A stretch of DNA of 64,000 nucleotides from Endomicrobiaceae bacterium (GCA_028690485.1 JAQVBD010000002.1:13100-77099), one strand, 5' to 3'. Shown: positions 55,856 through 64,000, numbered from the stretch's first letter. A program made the numbers and translations. The notes: generated by a model not told the origin, from the letters alone.

Positions 55856-56436
55856 TATTGCATATCCATATCTAAAGGGATATGAGAGTTTGCTCCTGCT
55901 TGTACAAGTATTACTGTTATTAAACCACCAGATTTATTTTTTTTGGCATACATAAGTGGAGTTGTTCCGTCATTACTTTTTTCATTTACATCTGCACCTG
56001 AATTAACTAACTGAACCACTATTTTTATATTCGGATTTTTTTCACAAGCATACATTAATGCTGTTTTGCCTTCTTTTGTTTTTGCATTTATTTTTGCTCC
56101 TGCTTTGATTAAATCATTTATTACTGTTTCATATCTATTACTTTCACTTGCATATATTAAAGCAGTCTTGCCATCTTTATCAGCTAAATTTACATTTGCA
56201 CCTGATGACAATAATAGTAGCACAACTTCAGTAGTAGCATTATTTGCACACGCAAACATCAATGGAGTTTTTTTATCAATATTTAACTCATTTACATTTG
56301 CACCTTTTTTTATTGCATCTTTTATTTTATCAAAGGAAGATGTTTGACATAATTCATGAAGAGTTTGTGCTTCAACAATTGTTTTAAGAGATAAACATAC
56401 TAACAATGCTAAAACCAGAGCAACTATGTTTTTCAT
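55855..56436 (-). CDS. secreted ankyrin-repeat protein
   Basis: Signal peptide MKNIVALVLALLVCLSLKTIVEA-QT, then about 5 ANK repeats (KTPLMFACANN...LLLSSGANVNLADKDGKTALIYA). Its stop overlaps the dprA start (TAATG). Confidence 0.88.
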   Translation of the reverse strand: MKNIVALVLALLVCLSLKTIVEAQTLHELCQTSSFDKIKDAIKKGANVNELNIDKKTPLMFACANNATTEVVLLLLSSGANVNLADKDGKTALIYASESNRYETVINDLIKAGAKINAKTKEGKTALMYACEKNPNIKIVVQLVNSGADVNEKSNDGTTPLMYAKKNKSGGLITVILVQAGANSHIPLDMDMQ

Positions 56437-56450
56437 TATTACTACCTCTA

Positions 56451-57371
56451 TTATTTTTGCTTAAAATAATCTACTGTTTCTTTAAGCCCTATTTTTATAT
56501 CAACTTCCGGTTGCCAATTTAAAATTTTCTTTGCTTTAGTAATATCCAAATAACTTTTAAATAACTCTCCGGATCTCTTTGCTTTATGTACCGGTTTTGG
56601 TTTGTATTTTATAATTGTTGCAAGTTCTTTTGCAAGTTGGTTAACTGAAAATGTTTTATGTGTGCCAATATTTATAATTTCATTATTTGCTTTTGTTAAT
56701 GCCTTTAAATTTGCATTTACAACATCTTGAACATATACATAATCTCTAAGTTGTTTCCCGTCACCAAAAATAAGCACTTCTTGATTTTGTAACATTTTAC
56801 CAATAAATATTGCAACTACTCCTGCTTCTCCATGAGGGTCTTGTCTTGGACCATACACATTAGCATACCTTAAAATGGTATATTTTAATCCATAAATTGC
56901 ATTATAACACTTAATATAATGTTCTACTGATAATTTGGCTACTCCATAAGGTGATAACGGATTTGCAAAAGCTATTTCATTTGGAGCTTTTTTCGAACAT
57001 TCACCATAAATTGTACCACCGGAAGAAGCAAATATTATTTTCTTTACATTGTTTTTTCTTGATGCCTCTAAAACATTTATAGTCCCTTTAATATTTACTT
57101 CTGCATCAAAGCTAGGATCAGAAACAGATTTCCTGACATCAAGTTGTGCTGCATGATGAATAACTATATCAATTTTTTCATTACTAAAAATTTCATCTAT
57201 TTTTTTTGCATTTGTTACAGATAATTTATAAAATTTTGCTTTAGGATTAATATTTTGTTTGTTGCCTGTAGATAAATCATCTACTATTACAACTTCATGT
57301 TTTTTATCTATCAAAGCATCTGTAATGTTTGAACCTATAAAACCAGCTCCACCTGTTACAAGTATTTTCAT
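56451..57371 (-). CDS. NAD-dependent sugar epimerase/dehydratase (GalE/UDP-glucose 4-epimerase-like SDR)
   Basis: ILVTGGAGFIGSN Rossmann motif and the catalytic YGVAKL (YxxxK). 306 aa. Confidence 0.85.
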   Translation of the reverse strand: MKILVTGGAGFIGSNITDALIDKKHEVVIVDDLSTGNKQNINPKAKFYKLSVTNAKKIDEIFSNEKIDIVIHHAAQLDVRKSVSDPSFDAEVNIKGTINVLEASRKNNVKKIIFASSGGTIYGECSKKAPNEIAFANPLSPYGVAKLSVEHYIKCYNAIYGLKYTILRYANVYGPRQDPHGEAGVVAIFIGKMLQNQEVLIFGDGKQLRDYVYVQDVVNANLKALTKANNEIINIGTHKTFSVNQLAKELATIIKYKPKPVHKAKRSGELFKSYLDITKAKKILNWQPEVDIKIGLKETVDYFKQK

Positions 57372-59404
57372 TTTATTTCTCCCTTATCATTTATCAACAT
57401 ATATTGTGCAATTGCAACTGCAGATTTATAATGTTTTTCCATGTTTTCATGCTCTTGAGTTTTTTCTGTTAATTCTATTTCTCTTGGTTTAGTTTTATTC
57501 CAAGTATAAAATTTTTTATTATCTGAACTAAAATCGTATATTAAAGCATAATCTTTATTCATTATTAACCCTAAATCATTTGATGCTATATTATCTTTAG
57601 CTTGTCTTGAAAATAAATTTGTCCCCATTGCACAGTAAGAAGTACTAGACAAAGATAATTCATATAATGTCGGCATTATGTCGGTGTGAGAAGCACATAT
57701 CGTTGTATCTATATTTGCTTTGTCAGGCATTAATTTTTTAGGTATATATAAATAGAGAGGAACACTCATTGTATCTAATTTTCTTTCTATCGGGTAAGTA
57801 AAAGTACTCCAAAAGTTATGGTCGCCGGTGATTGCCACTATAGTATTATTTGCATATTTAGATTTTTTCAATCTTGTTAAAAATTCACCAACTTTCTGAG
57901 CAGAATACTGATATGTCGCAAATCTCATTTTAGATAATTTCATATCTCCTGTAATTGCTTTTTCTAATTCCGGTGTTAATATCAATGGCATCGTTTTATA
58001 ATTTTTTGGTAAAGAGTATGGTGGATGATTTGAAGTTGTCATAGCATAGATAAATTTCTTGTTATCATTTTCTTCAAGCAAAGTAAAAATTCTGTCGAAA
58101 AGATGTTCATCATAAACACCCCACTGATTTCTTTCATAGTTCTTTGGCATACTACCTTCACCAATAATTTTATCAAATCCAAGATTTGGCATATATGAAC
58201 CTGTATTTCTCCAACCGGCATTACCACCATAAAGAAATGTTGTTTCATATCCTTGATTTTTGTATGGAATTGGTCCTGAATAAAAATATTTATTATATGC
58301 ATATTTTGACTGACACAAATATTTTGATAAAGGAAGTCTGACTATATTTGTTATTACCGCTTCTAAAGAACCTATTGTTCCCATGTGCCCCGGTAAAAAT
58401 TTATAGAAAACAATATCTTCATCTAAATGTTTTTTAAATTCGCCTAATACATTAAATGTCTGACTGTTGTAATGCATTAAATCTGTCCCGAGTGATTCCA
58501 TAACAATAACTATAACATTTGGTTTTATTTCTTCTATATTTTTATTATATTTCGTAATTTTTACTAATGATTGTTCTGGATTATCTTTAGGAATATTTGC
58601 TATGTCTATTGATAAATAATCGCTAAAAGCTTTAGGTATATTATTTTCGTAACCCATTTTAGCAATATAGTTCATACCTCTATTTTCTTTTGATCTTGCC
58701 TCAAGTGCTGCTTGTAAAGTATATATTGCATTAATTGAAACTCTATTGATAAATATATTATTTGAAACTTCTGCATTATCTACACCTAATGGGAAAAGGC
58801 CAAAAGAACCTCTTGCTAACATAAAATTAAGACAAATCAAAATAAATGTTACTAAAATTTTATATTGAATTTTAACTGTACCTAATATAAATGATGTAAT
58901 GTTTTTCTCTAAAATAAATTTCGTTAAGAAAAAGACAAATACAAAAATTGATATGAATCCGATAGTAACTAAAACAATTGGATAATTTTCTACTAAAGTT
59001 GAAAAAAGAGCTTTTGTATCATCTTCAAAAACACCAAATATTAAAATATTTATATGATTTTGAAAATAAGAATAAAATCCAAAATCTATACATAGAATAG
59101 AAATAATTCCACCAAAAAATAATGTATAGTAATATTTTAATATTTTAATAAATTTTACGAAGGCATTTTTGCTATTGATAAAAAACAATATGATAAATGA
59201 TAAAGTTACGGTTATGTTAATATATGCGATAACAGCCATGTCGTATCTAAAACCTAATACAAAAGCTTTTAACAAATCAGTTAAATATGGCATTAAATTT
59301 GAGACACTAGAATAATAAAATGTAAAAATTACTCTGTATATCATCATTAATAAAACGAATATTATATTTAAAATAATTAATCTTTTAAATATTACTTTAA
59401 TCAT
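57368..59404 (-). CDS. LTA synthase family / sulfatase-domain phosphoglycerol-type transferase
   Basis: N-terminal polytopic membrane domain plus an extracytoplasmic alkaline-phosphatase-superfamily domain (NVIVIVMESLGTD, TSNHPPY, ITGDHN). ATGA overlap with the epimerase. Confidence 0.78.
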   Translation of the reverse strand: MIKVIFKRLIILNIIFVLLMMIYRVIFTFYYSSVSNLMPYLTDLLKAFVLGFRYDMAVIAYINITVTLSFIILFFINSKNAFVKFIKILKYYYTLFFGGIISILCIDFGFYSYFQNHINILIFGVFEDDTKALFSTLVENYPIVLVTIGFISIFVFVFFLTKFILEKNITSFILGTVKIQYKILVTFILICLNFMLARGSFGLFPLGVDNAEVSNNIFINRVSINAIYTLQAALEARSKENRGMNYIAKMGYENNIPKAFSDYLSIDIANIPKDNPEQSLVKITKYNKNIEEIKPNVIVIVMESLGTDLMHYNSQTFNVLGEFKKHLDEDIVFYKFLPGHMGTIGSLEAVITNIVRLPLSKYLCQSKYAYNKYFYSGPIPYKNQGYETTFLYGGNAGWRNTGSYMPNLGFDKIIGEGSMPKNYERNQWGVYDEHLFDRIFTLLEENDNKKFIYAMTTSNHPPYSLPKNYKTMPLILTPELEKAITGDMKLSKMRFATYQYSAQKVGEFLTRLKKSKYANNTIVAITGDHNFWSTFTYPIERKLDTMSVPLYLYIPKKLMPDKANIDTTICASHTDIMPTLYELSLSSTSYCAMGTNLFSRQAKDNIASNDLGLIMNKDYALIYDFSSDNKKFYTWNKTKPREIELTEKTQEHENMEKHYKSAVAIAQYMLINDKGEIK

Positions 59405-59444
59405 TTATTTCCTTTATCAATCATGCCATTTATATTATAAAACT

Positions 59445-60908
59445 TTATTTTGTTTTTTGAAATAACTTATATGATACTGCATCTTTATTGAAATGTAATG
59501 GATTAAAAGCCGACGATGCTATCAATCTCCAACCTGTTGAAGATGATGATGCTACCCAAGAACCATCTTTCCCTCTAGGAATTTCCCAATAATCAGCAAA
59601 TGTTGTATAAATTTGTTTATCATCCGGCTTTTTTGACGTATATGGCAATGCTCCATCTATTAGACCTACCAAATCTGATGCAACCTCAACATCATTTAAA
59701 AGATGTATTGATTTTTTTTGATACTCTTCTGCTAAATCTTTTTTGCCAAGTTTCGCCGCATAATCAGACATAACTTGTAAAGCTGTTATGTGAAAACATG
59801 TCCCTTCAAACCATATCATTCTATAATTTTTTCTTCTTCCTTTTTGATTTGTAAAATCATATCCGCCAATATCAGTATCGCCGATTTTGTCAACGACATA
59901 ATATTCTTTTTCAGCAAAAGTCATTAAATAAAAAGGATCAATACCTAATTCTTGTAATCTCTCCGGAGTCAATGCTGTGATTGTCCATGACACAGTATCT
60001 AATGCATCAACTCTGTCAACACCCCTTTCGTTATATCCCATATTAAATGTCTTTTTCTTTTTGTCATATATTAGTTTTATCATCCATCTTTCTATATTTT
60101 CAATTTCTTTTTCTACATCAGAGATATCATACTTTGCTTTTTTAAAATAAGGTTTTATATCAACATTCGAATTATAATAAAGATCTTTTAACATTTTTAA
60201 AGCAGCATAATGATCAACAATATTTTCTGTTGAATATACTTTACTCCAATCAGGAGGCTCCCAACCATAACCCATACTCGCAGCACCCAATTCTCCATCT
60301 TTAAATTGATAATGTTTAATTCCTTCTGCCCATTTTAACATATCAATTATAAACGGTAAAAAATCAAGTTTTCCTGTAATTGCGGTATATTGTAATGCGG
60401 AAATTGCAACCCAAACATTTGGACCTAAATGAGTTCTATTACCATCAATCCCTGCTGTTAAACCCCATCTCTTTCTAGGAACATCTGTTTTATATGCATT
60501 ATATAAACCTATATTTTCACCTTTTGAACAATAAAATTCTCTTTGATAAACTTTTAATATGCTAGCTGTTTTTTTATATTGACCTGCTACAAGATATGCG
60601 ATTGATGCTATTGCTCCATCATATATAAATGACTGAGCATCTAAAACGCCTCCACTACCTAGAATAAAAGCTTTTGAAAAAAAATCATATGAATATATTG
60701 AAGTTCCTCTAAAACTTTCAACTAAACCATTTACAGACGATGTTTGTCTGTCAAAAAAACTTGCTGTTTTCATCTGTAATCTATAGTAATTTTTTTTCAA
60801 ACTATCATTAGAAAATCGTTCTCTATATGACTTATCTATTAATTCAGCATTTACAACTGTAGCTATCATCAATAGAATATTTAGACTTAAAAATATTATT
60901 TTTTTCAT
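59445..60908 (-). CDS. secreted hypothetical protein (487 aa)
   Basis: Signal peptide MKKIIFLSLNILLMIATVVNA-EL. Aromatic-rich, apparently helical repeats suggest, but do not establish, a six-hairpin glycosidase-like fold. No family recognised. Confidence 0.6.
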   Translation of the reverse strand: MKKIIFLSLNILLMIATVVNAELIDKSYRERFSNDSLKKNYYRLQMKTASFFDRQTSSVNGLVESFRGTSIYSYDFFSKAFILGSGGVLDAQSFIYDGAIASIAYLVAGQYKKTASILKVYQREFYCSKGENIGLYNAYKTDVPRKRWGLTAGIDGNRTHLGPNVWVAISALQYTAITGKLDFLPFIIDMLKWAEGIKHYQFKDGELGAASMGYGWEPPDWSKVYSTENIVDHYAALKMLKDLYYNSNVDIKPYFKKAKYDISDVEKEIENIERWMIKLIYDKKKKTFNMGYNERGVDRVDALDTVSWTITALTPERLQELGIDPFYLMTFAEKEYYVVDKIGDTDIGGYDFTNQKGRRKNYRMIWFEGTCFHITALQVMSDYAAKLGKKDLAEEYQKKSIHLLNDVEVASDLVGLIDGALPYTSKKPDDKQIYTTFADYWEIPRGKDGSWVASSSSTGWRLIASSAFNPLHFNKDAVSYKLFQKTK

Positions 60909-60995
60909 AAATTTAAAAAAAACACAAACTCAAATGATAGACATAGAGATTGTGTACTCCCATCCGAATATAAATTAAAATCTTTAATTTTTTAA

Positions 60996-61358
60996 TTAAA
61001 TACTAACTGTAACATTTACAGATGTCTGCATTCCCTGACAAGTTAATGTTATTACAGCTGTACCGGCACTTGCCCCTACAAAATCTGTACTTTTTGTGTT
61101 TGAACTAGTAAAAACACCAATACTTGAATTAGATATAGACCAAACAACTGGTTCATCAATATCTTCATATTTAGCATTTTTAATAATTGCTGTTAAAGAA
61201 TATGCCGCACCAACATTAATACTAATGTCTGCCTTTGGTTCAATGGAGAGTGTCATAGTATTATTTCTTATTCTGTCTTTCTGGGCACATCCAAAAACAG
61301 AACAAACAATTATAAAAACTGATAAAATAAATATTTTTTTTAAAATCATAATACCCAA
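60996..61358 (-). CDS. lipoprotein with bacterial Ig-like (Big_2-like) domain
   Basis: Lipobox SVFGC. Big_2-like pattern INVGAAYSLTAII...VVWSISNSSIGVFTS...GTAVITLTCQGMQTSVNVTV. Confidence 0.7.
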   Translation of the reverse strand: MGIMILKKIFILSVFIIVCSVFGCAQKDRIRNNTMTLSIEPKADISINVGAAYSLTAIIKNAKYEDIDEPVVWSISNSSIGVFTSSNTKSTDFVGASAGTAVITLTCQGMQTSVNVTVSI

Positions 61359-61847
61359 CTATATAGAAATTTTTGTTTTATATTTAAGCATAATACCATC
61401 ATTACTATAAGCTGTAACATCAAATTTTTTATACGAATATAGTTTTGATTTTTTATTTGCAACGATATAAGCATCAACAACAGCATATACCCATGTAGCA
61501 ATAGCTACTACTCCTAAAGTTCTAGATGTATTTAAACTTGATTTATAATCATTATAAAGAGAACCATTAATGGAACCCATATTTTCATATTTTTCATAAT
61601 CACTTTCAGCTACATTATAGTAATAAAATGCTCCAAATACCGATAAAGAAAATACACCAAAAACTATCCAACCTTTTGTTGTTTGTTCATTCCAACCTTG
61701 TCCCCAACCCGGCATAATAGCGGAACGAACAGATGCATTCATAGCGGTATATTCAGAAAAATCACATGTTAAAGAACAAGCACTTTGTGCTGATGAAGCA
61801 TTTAATAACAATATACAGCTGATAAATAAAACAATTTTTTTAATCAT
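61359..61847 (-). CDS. DUF5683-like small membrane protein
   Basis: Signal/TM helix, then SAIMPGWGQGWNEQTTKGWIVFGV (the PG.GQ motif), a YNDYKSS...R spacer and a second TM helix ending in VDAYIVAN. Confidence 0.6.
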   Translation of the reverse strand: MIKKIVLFISCILLLNASSAQSACSLTCDFSEYTAMNASVRSAIMPGWGQGWNEQTTKGWIVFGVFSLSVFGAFYYYNVAESDYEKYENMGSINGSLYNDYKSSLNTSRTLGVVAIATWVYAVVDAYIVANKKSKLYSYKKFDVTAYSNDGIMLKYKTKISI

Positions 61848-61849
61848 AA

Positions 61850-62539
61850 TTAATCTTTAACAAACCTTATATTATCTATATATATAGTTCCGCCATTTGT
61901 AGAAACGGAATCACTATCTCTTTTCATTGCTATAGCAACATAATATTGCTGTATTCCCCAATTTGATGTTGTTCTAGAAGTAATAGGAATCGAAAAAGTT
62001 TTCCAGACCGAAGTTAATCTATTAGGACCACCATCATATAATAAAATATTATCAGTATCTAGTGCACCGTCATGTCTTGGAATTTCTACTTTTACAATAC
62101 AACCTGCCGATAAAGACCCTTTTGCTTCGAATTCAAGCCTTGTATATCCGCTAGTTGTCATATTTTTAGAACCAATATCTGCCGGATCGGTTGATGCTAA
62201 TGCCCAACCTGCATATGGAAAACACCCTGATGGCAAAACAATGTTTTGACTAGCATCATACCATTCCATTTTTATACAATATCTTCCTTGATATGCCCCT
62301 GTACTCTTAAAAGATAAAGAACCATTTTTAAGTTCTAAAAATCTAGAATTATCCCATACTTTAGGTTCATATGAACCTTTTGTATTTATTTCATCATCAT
62401 ATAAATACCAAGTAGTTGGCCATGAACTTATAGAAGAAGGTATGCTAGTTAAAGCACTTACAGGATATCTTTCACAAGATATAAAAGTAAATATTGATAT
62501 TAAAAAAAATGATAAAAGCATTATTTTCGTTCTATTCAT
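61850..62539 (-). CDS. lipoprotein, CBM-like beta-sandwich paralogue 1 (divergent)
   Basis: Lipobox TFISC. TRLEFEAKGS, WKTFSIPI and GGTIYIDNIRF parallel the conserved blocks of the two upstream paralogues. 8-nt overlap with paralogue 2 (ATGAATAG). Confidence 0.6.
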   Translation of the reverse strand: MNRTKIMLLSFFLISIFTFISCERYPVSALTSIPSSISSWPTTWYLYDDEINTKGSYEPKVWDNSRFLELKNGSLSFKSTGAYQGRYCIKMEWYDASQNIVLPSGCFPYAGWALASTDPADIGSKNMTTSGYTRLEFEAKGSLSAGCIVKVEIPRHDGALDTDNILLYDGGPNRLTSVWKTFSIPITSRTTSNWGIQQYYVAIAMKRDSDSVSTNGGTIYIDNIRFVKD

Positions 62540-63188
62540 ATCTTATCTCATCTAAATAAATTAAACATCCTTTTGGGTTATCTTTCTTAGAAAAAACTAT
62601 ACAAAAACCACCTGAAATTGAACTCAAATCTGATTGAGACAAATCTATTGTATATTGTTTCCACTCTCTAGTCAACTTTACATCTTTTAGCCAAGCAACA
62701 TCTGAATCACTGAAAACACCGGAAATTCCACCTATTTTTACTTCTGTTATTACTTCATTCCCTTGAGAACCTTTTGCCCAAAAAGTTAATTTTGTTGCAC
62801 CTGTTATATTATAACCACCATTTTTATCGCCCCAATTATTGACAGGATGCTGCCAATAAACACCTGCCCACTGTTTAATTCCTTCCGGCACATATTTTAT
62901 TTTTAAACAAGTTGTACCTTTATGTACTGACTTGTCATATGAGCTATCAAAATCCAAATTTGCAACATCTCCCATCCATCCTGATGGTGCATAATGATTT
63001 TTATTTGAAGGGAAATCTTCATATACATAAAAAGGTTCAAAAGAACTAATGCTTCCTTTATCCATCTCAGTAGACTTATTTGTATCTATGTAACCACCAG
63101 AATTCGGATTATATCTAGGAACACATGCACAAATAAAACTGCTAATCAAAAACAAAAAAAGAGATAATTTTATTTTATTATATTTCAT
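62532..63188 (-). CDS. lipoprotein, CBM-like beta-sandwich paralogue 2
   Basis: The start was moved to MKYNKIKLSLFLFLISSFICAC (ATG 63188). Shares NHYAPSGWMGD, W.G..WQ.P.NNWG.K.GGY..TGATKLTFWA.G, LT.EW.QYTIDL and GGFC...DNP.G...Y.D with paralogue 3. Confidence 0.7.
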   Translation of the reverse strand: MKYNKIKLSLFLFLISSFICACVPRYNPNSGGYIDTNKSTEMDKGSISSFEPFYVYEDFPSNKNHYAPSGWMGDVANLDFDSSYDKSVHKGTTCLKIKYVPEGIKQWAGVYWQHPVNNWGDKNGGYNITGATKLTFWAKGSQGNEVITEVKIGGISGVFSDSDVAWLKDVKLTREWKQYTIDLSQSDLSSISGGFCIVFSKKDNPKGCLIYLDEIRYE

Positions 63189-63200
63189 TTTATGCCTTTG

Positions 63201-63229
63201 TTTGGGGCAGGAAAAAATCCTGCCCCAAA
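63201..63229 (-). promoter_or_regulatory. GC-rich intercistronic hairpin between paralogues 3 and 2
   Basis: tttggggcagga (63201-63212), loop aaaaa, tcctgccccaaa (63218-63229). 12-bp perfect stem with no U-tract on either strand. It stands out in AT-rich sequence. Confidence 0.55.
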
Positions 63230-63242
63230 TAAGAAAAATCAA

Positions 63243-63887
63243 TTATTCGAAAATAACATCATCAATGTAGAGAATAAATCCATTTGGATTATCATCTTTT
63301 GATGCTGCAAAACAGAAACCACCAATTATGTGGCTTAAGTCTTTACCTGTTAAATCTATAGTATATTTCTGCCATTCTTTTGTAAGTTCAATTGGTCCGA
63401 TTGAAGAAGAATCTGAATCTGGATATTCACCGGTAATTCCTCCTACTTTGAATTCTGCTATTTTTTCACCGCCATTTGCTCCTCTTGCCCAGAATGTCAA
63501 TTTTGTTGCACCTGTTAAATCATAACCACCTTTCTTCTCGCCCCAGTTATTTGCTGGTTGTTGCCAAAATATACCTGTCCATCCTGCACCTTGTGTCATT
63601 TTTGCACTATATGTAATTTTAATACAGCTATTTCCGCTTCTTGGTGTTTCTGTACATGCCTGATTAAGTTTTAAATCTCCGAAATCTCCCATCCATCCTG
63701 ATGGTGCATAATGATTGTCTTTTGAAGCATTTTCAAGATAAACTGCAAAAGGTTTGAAAGTTGTTTGTTCAACTTTTTCTGCTTTAGCTTTTGAAGATGT
63801 TCTTTTTTGAGATGGAGCTGAAAAAGCTACACCAACCGCACTTGCCACGAAAACCGCTGCTACTAACAAACTTAGCATTTTTTTCAT
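63243..63887 (-). CDS. secreted CBM-like beta-sandwich paralogue 3
   Basis: SPase I signal ...GVAFS-AP. Same conserved blocks as paralogue 2. AAGGAG SD. Lies 23 nt downstream of the OmpA-like gene. Noticeably higher GC than its neighbours. Confidence 0.75.
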   Translation of the reverse strand: MKKMLSLLVAAVFVASAVGVAFSAPSQKRTSSKAKAEKVEQTTFKPFAVYLENASKDNHYAPSGWMGDFGDLKLNQACTETPRSGNSCIKITYSAKMTQGAGWTGIFWQQPANNWGEKKGGYDLTGATKLTFWARGANGGEKIAEFKVGGITGEYPDSDSSSIGPIELTKEWQKYTIDLTGKDLSHIIGGFCFAASKDDNPNGFILYIDDVIFE

Positions 63888-63910
63888 TGTGTGTGTCTCC
63901 TTTTTATTTT

Positions 63911-64000
63911 TTATTGTAGATTATACTCTACAGTATCTGCCTTTTCTTGACCGGACTTTAAAATAAGGATTTCAACTCTTCTATTTTGTTCTCTGCCTGA
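63911..64000 (-). CDS. OmpA/MotB-family peptidoglycan-associated protein, C-terminal end only
   Basis: Hand translation of the minus strand gives SGREQNRRVEILILKSGQEKADTVEYNLQ*. NRRVEI is the canonical end of the OmpA_C domain. The N-terminus lies outside the window. Confidence 0.65.
   Translation of the reverse strand, partial: SGREQNRRVEILILKSGQEKADTVEYNLQ

Noticed and set aside
1-64000. A CRISPR array, rRNA, other ncRNA (tmRNA, RNase P, SRP, 6S) or riboswitches.
   Set aside because: No regularly spaced direct repeats were seen. Intergenic regions are short (mostly under 200 nt), AT-rich, and explained by promoters or terminators. I cannot exclude small ncRNAs without a covariance-model scan.

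Overview
The window is an AT-rich bacterial chromosomal segment. Hand counts on single 60-nt lines range from about 12% to 47% GC. It uses the standard code: TGA is a stop at 14020-14022. Nearly all of it is coding and arranged in long co-directional blocks. I saw no rRNA, CRISPR array, transposase, phage gene or reverse transcriptase, so it reads as core genome, not an accessory island.

Recognisable content:
- A conserved translation and envelope-lipid cluster, rpsB-tsf-pyrH-frr-(ferredoxin)-uppS-cdsA-(macro domain + sirtuin)-dxr.
- An ECF sigma/anti-sigma pair.
- Four GT-C fold membrane glycosyltransferases. Two have the eukaryotic TMTC-like architecture (N-terminal PMT-like membrane domain plus C-terminal TPR).
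- A paaK-ACT-sodium:solute symporter operon.
- nadK-recN, ispG-greA, rseP, recG, mnmA, ftsB-like, a Znu/Tro-type metal ABC transporter and gpmA.
- The rimP-nusA-infB-rbfA-nrnA-truB operon.
- A MoxR-DUF58-...-BatA-BatB-BatC-BatD aerotolerance-type operon with an embedded Sel1-repeat protein.
- mazG and tRNA-Leu(CAG).
- A long minus-strand array running from an OmpA-like gene through three paralogous secreted beta-sandwich-like proteins, a DUF5683-like membrane protein, a Big_2 lipoprotein, an unknown secreted protein, an LtaS-family transferase, an epimerase and a secreted ankyrin protein, then dprA-topA-xerC and an unknown UBA-like protein.

The lineage cannot be assigned without a database search. 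The content fits an anaerobic diderm: OmpA, Bat proteins, a clostridial-type ferredoxin and PaaK.

No known defence or mobile system is evident. The best candidates for undescribed biology are three. First, the tightly packed envelope module at about 60996-64000. Second, the TMTC-like GT-C/TPR enzymes, one translationally coupled to a small secreted protein. Third, the variant Bat/MoxR operon. All family calls come from motifs read by eye. No HMM, BLAST, tRNAscan or Rfam search was possible.
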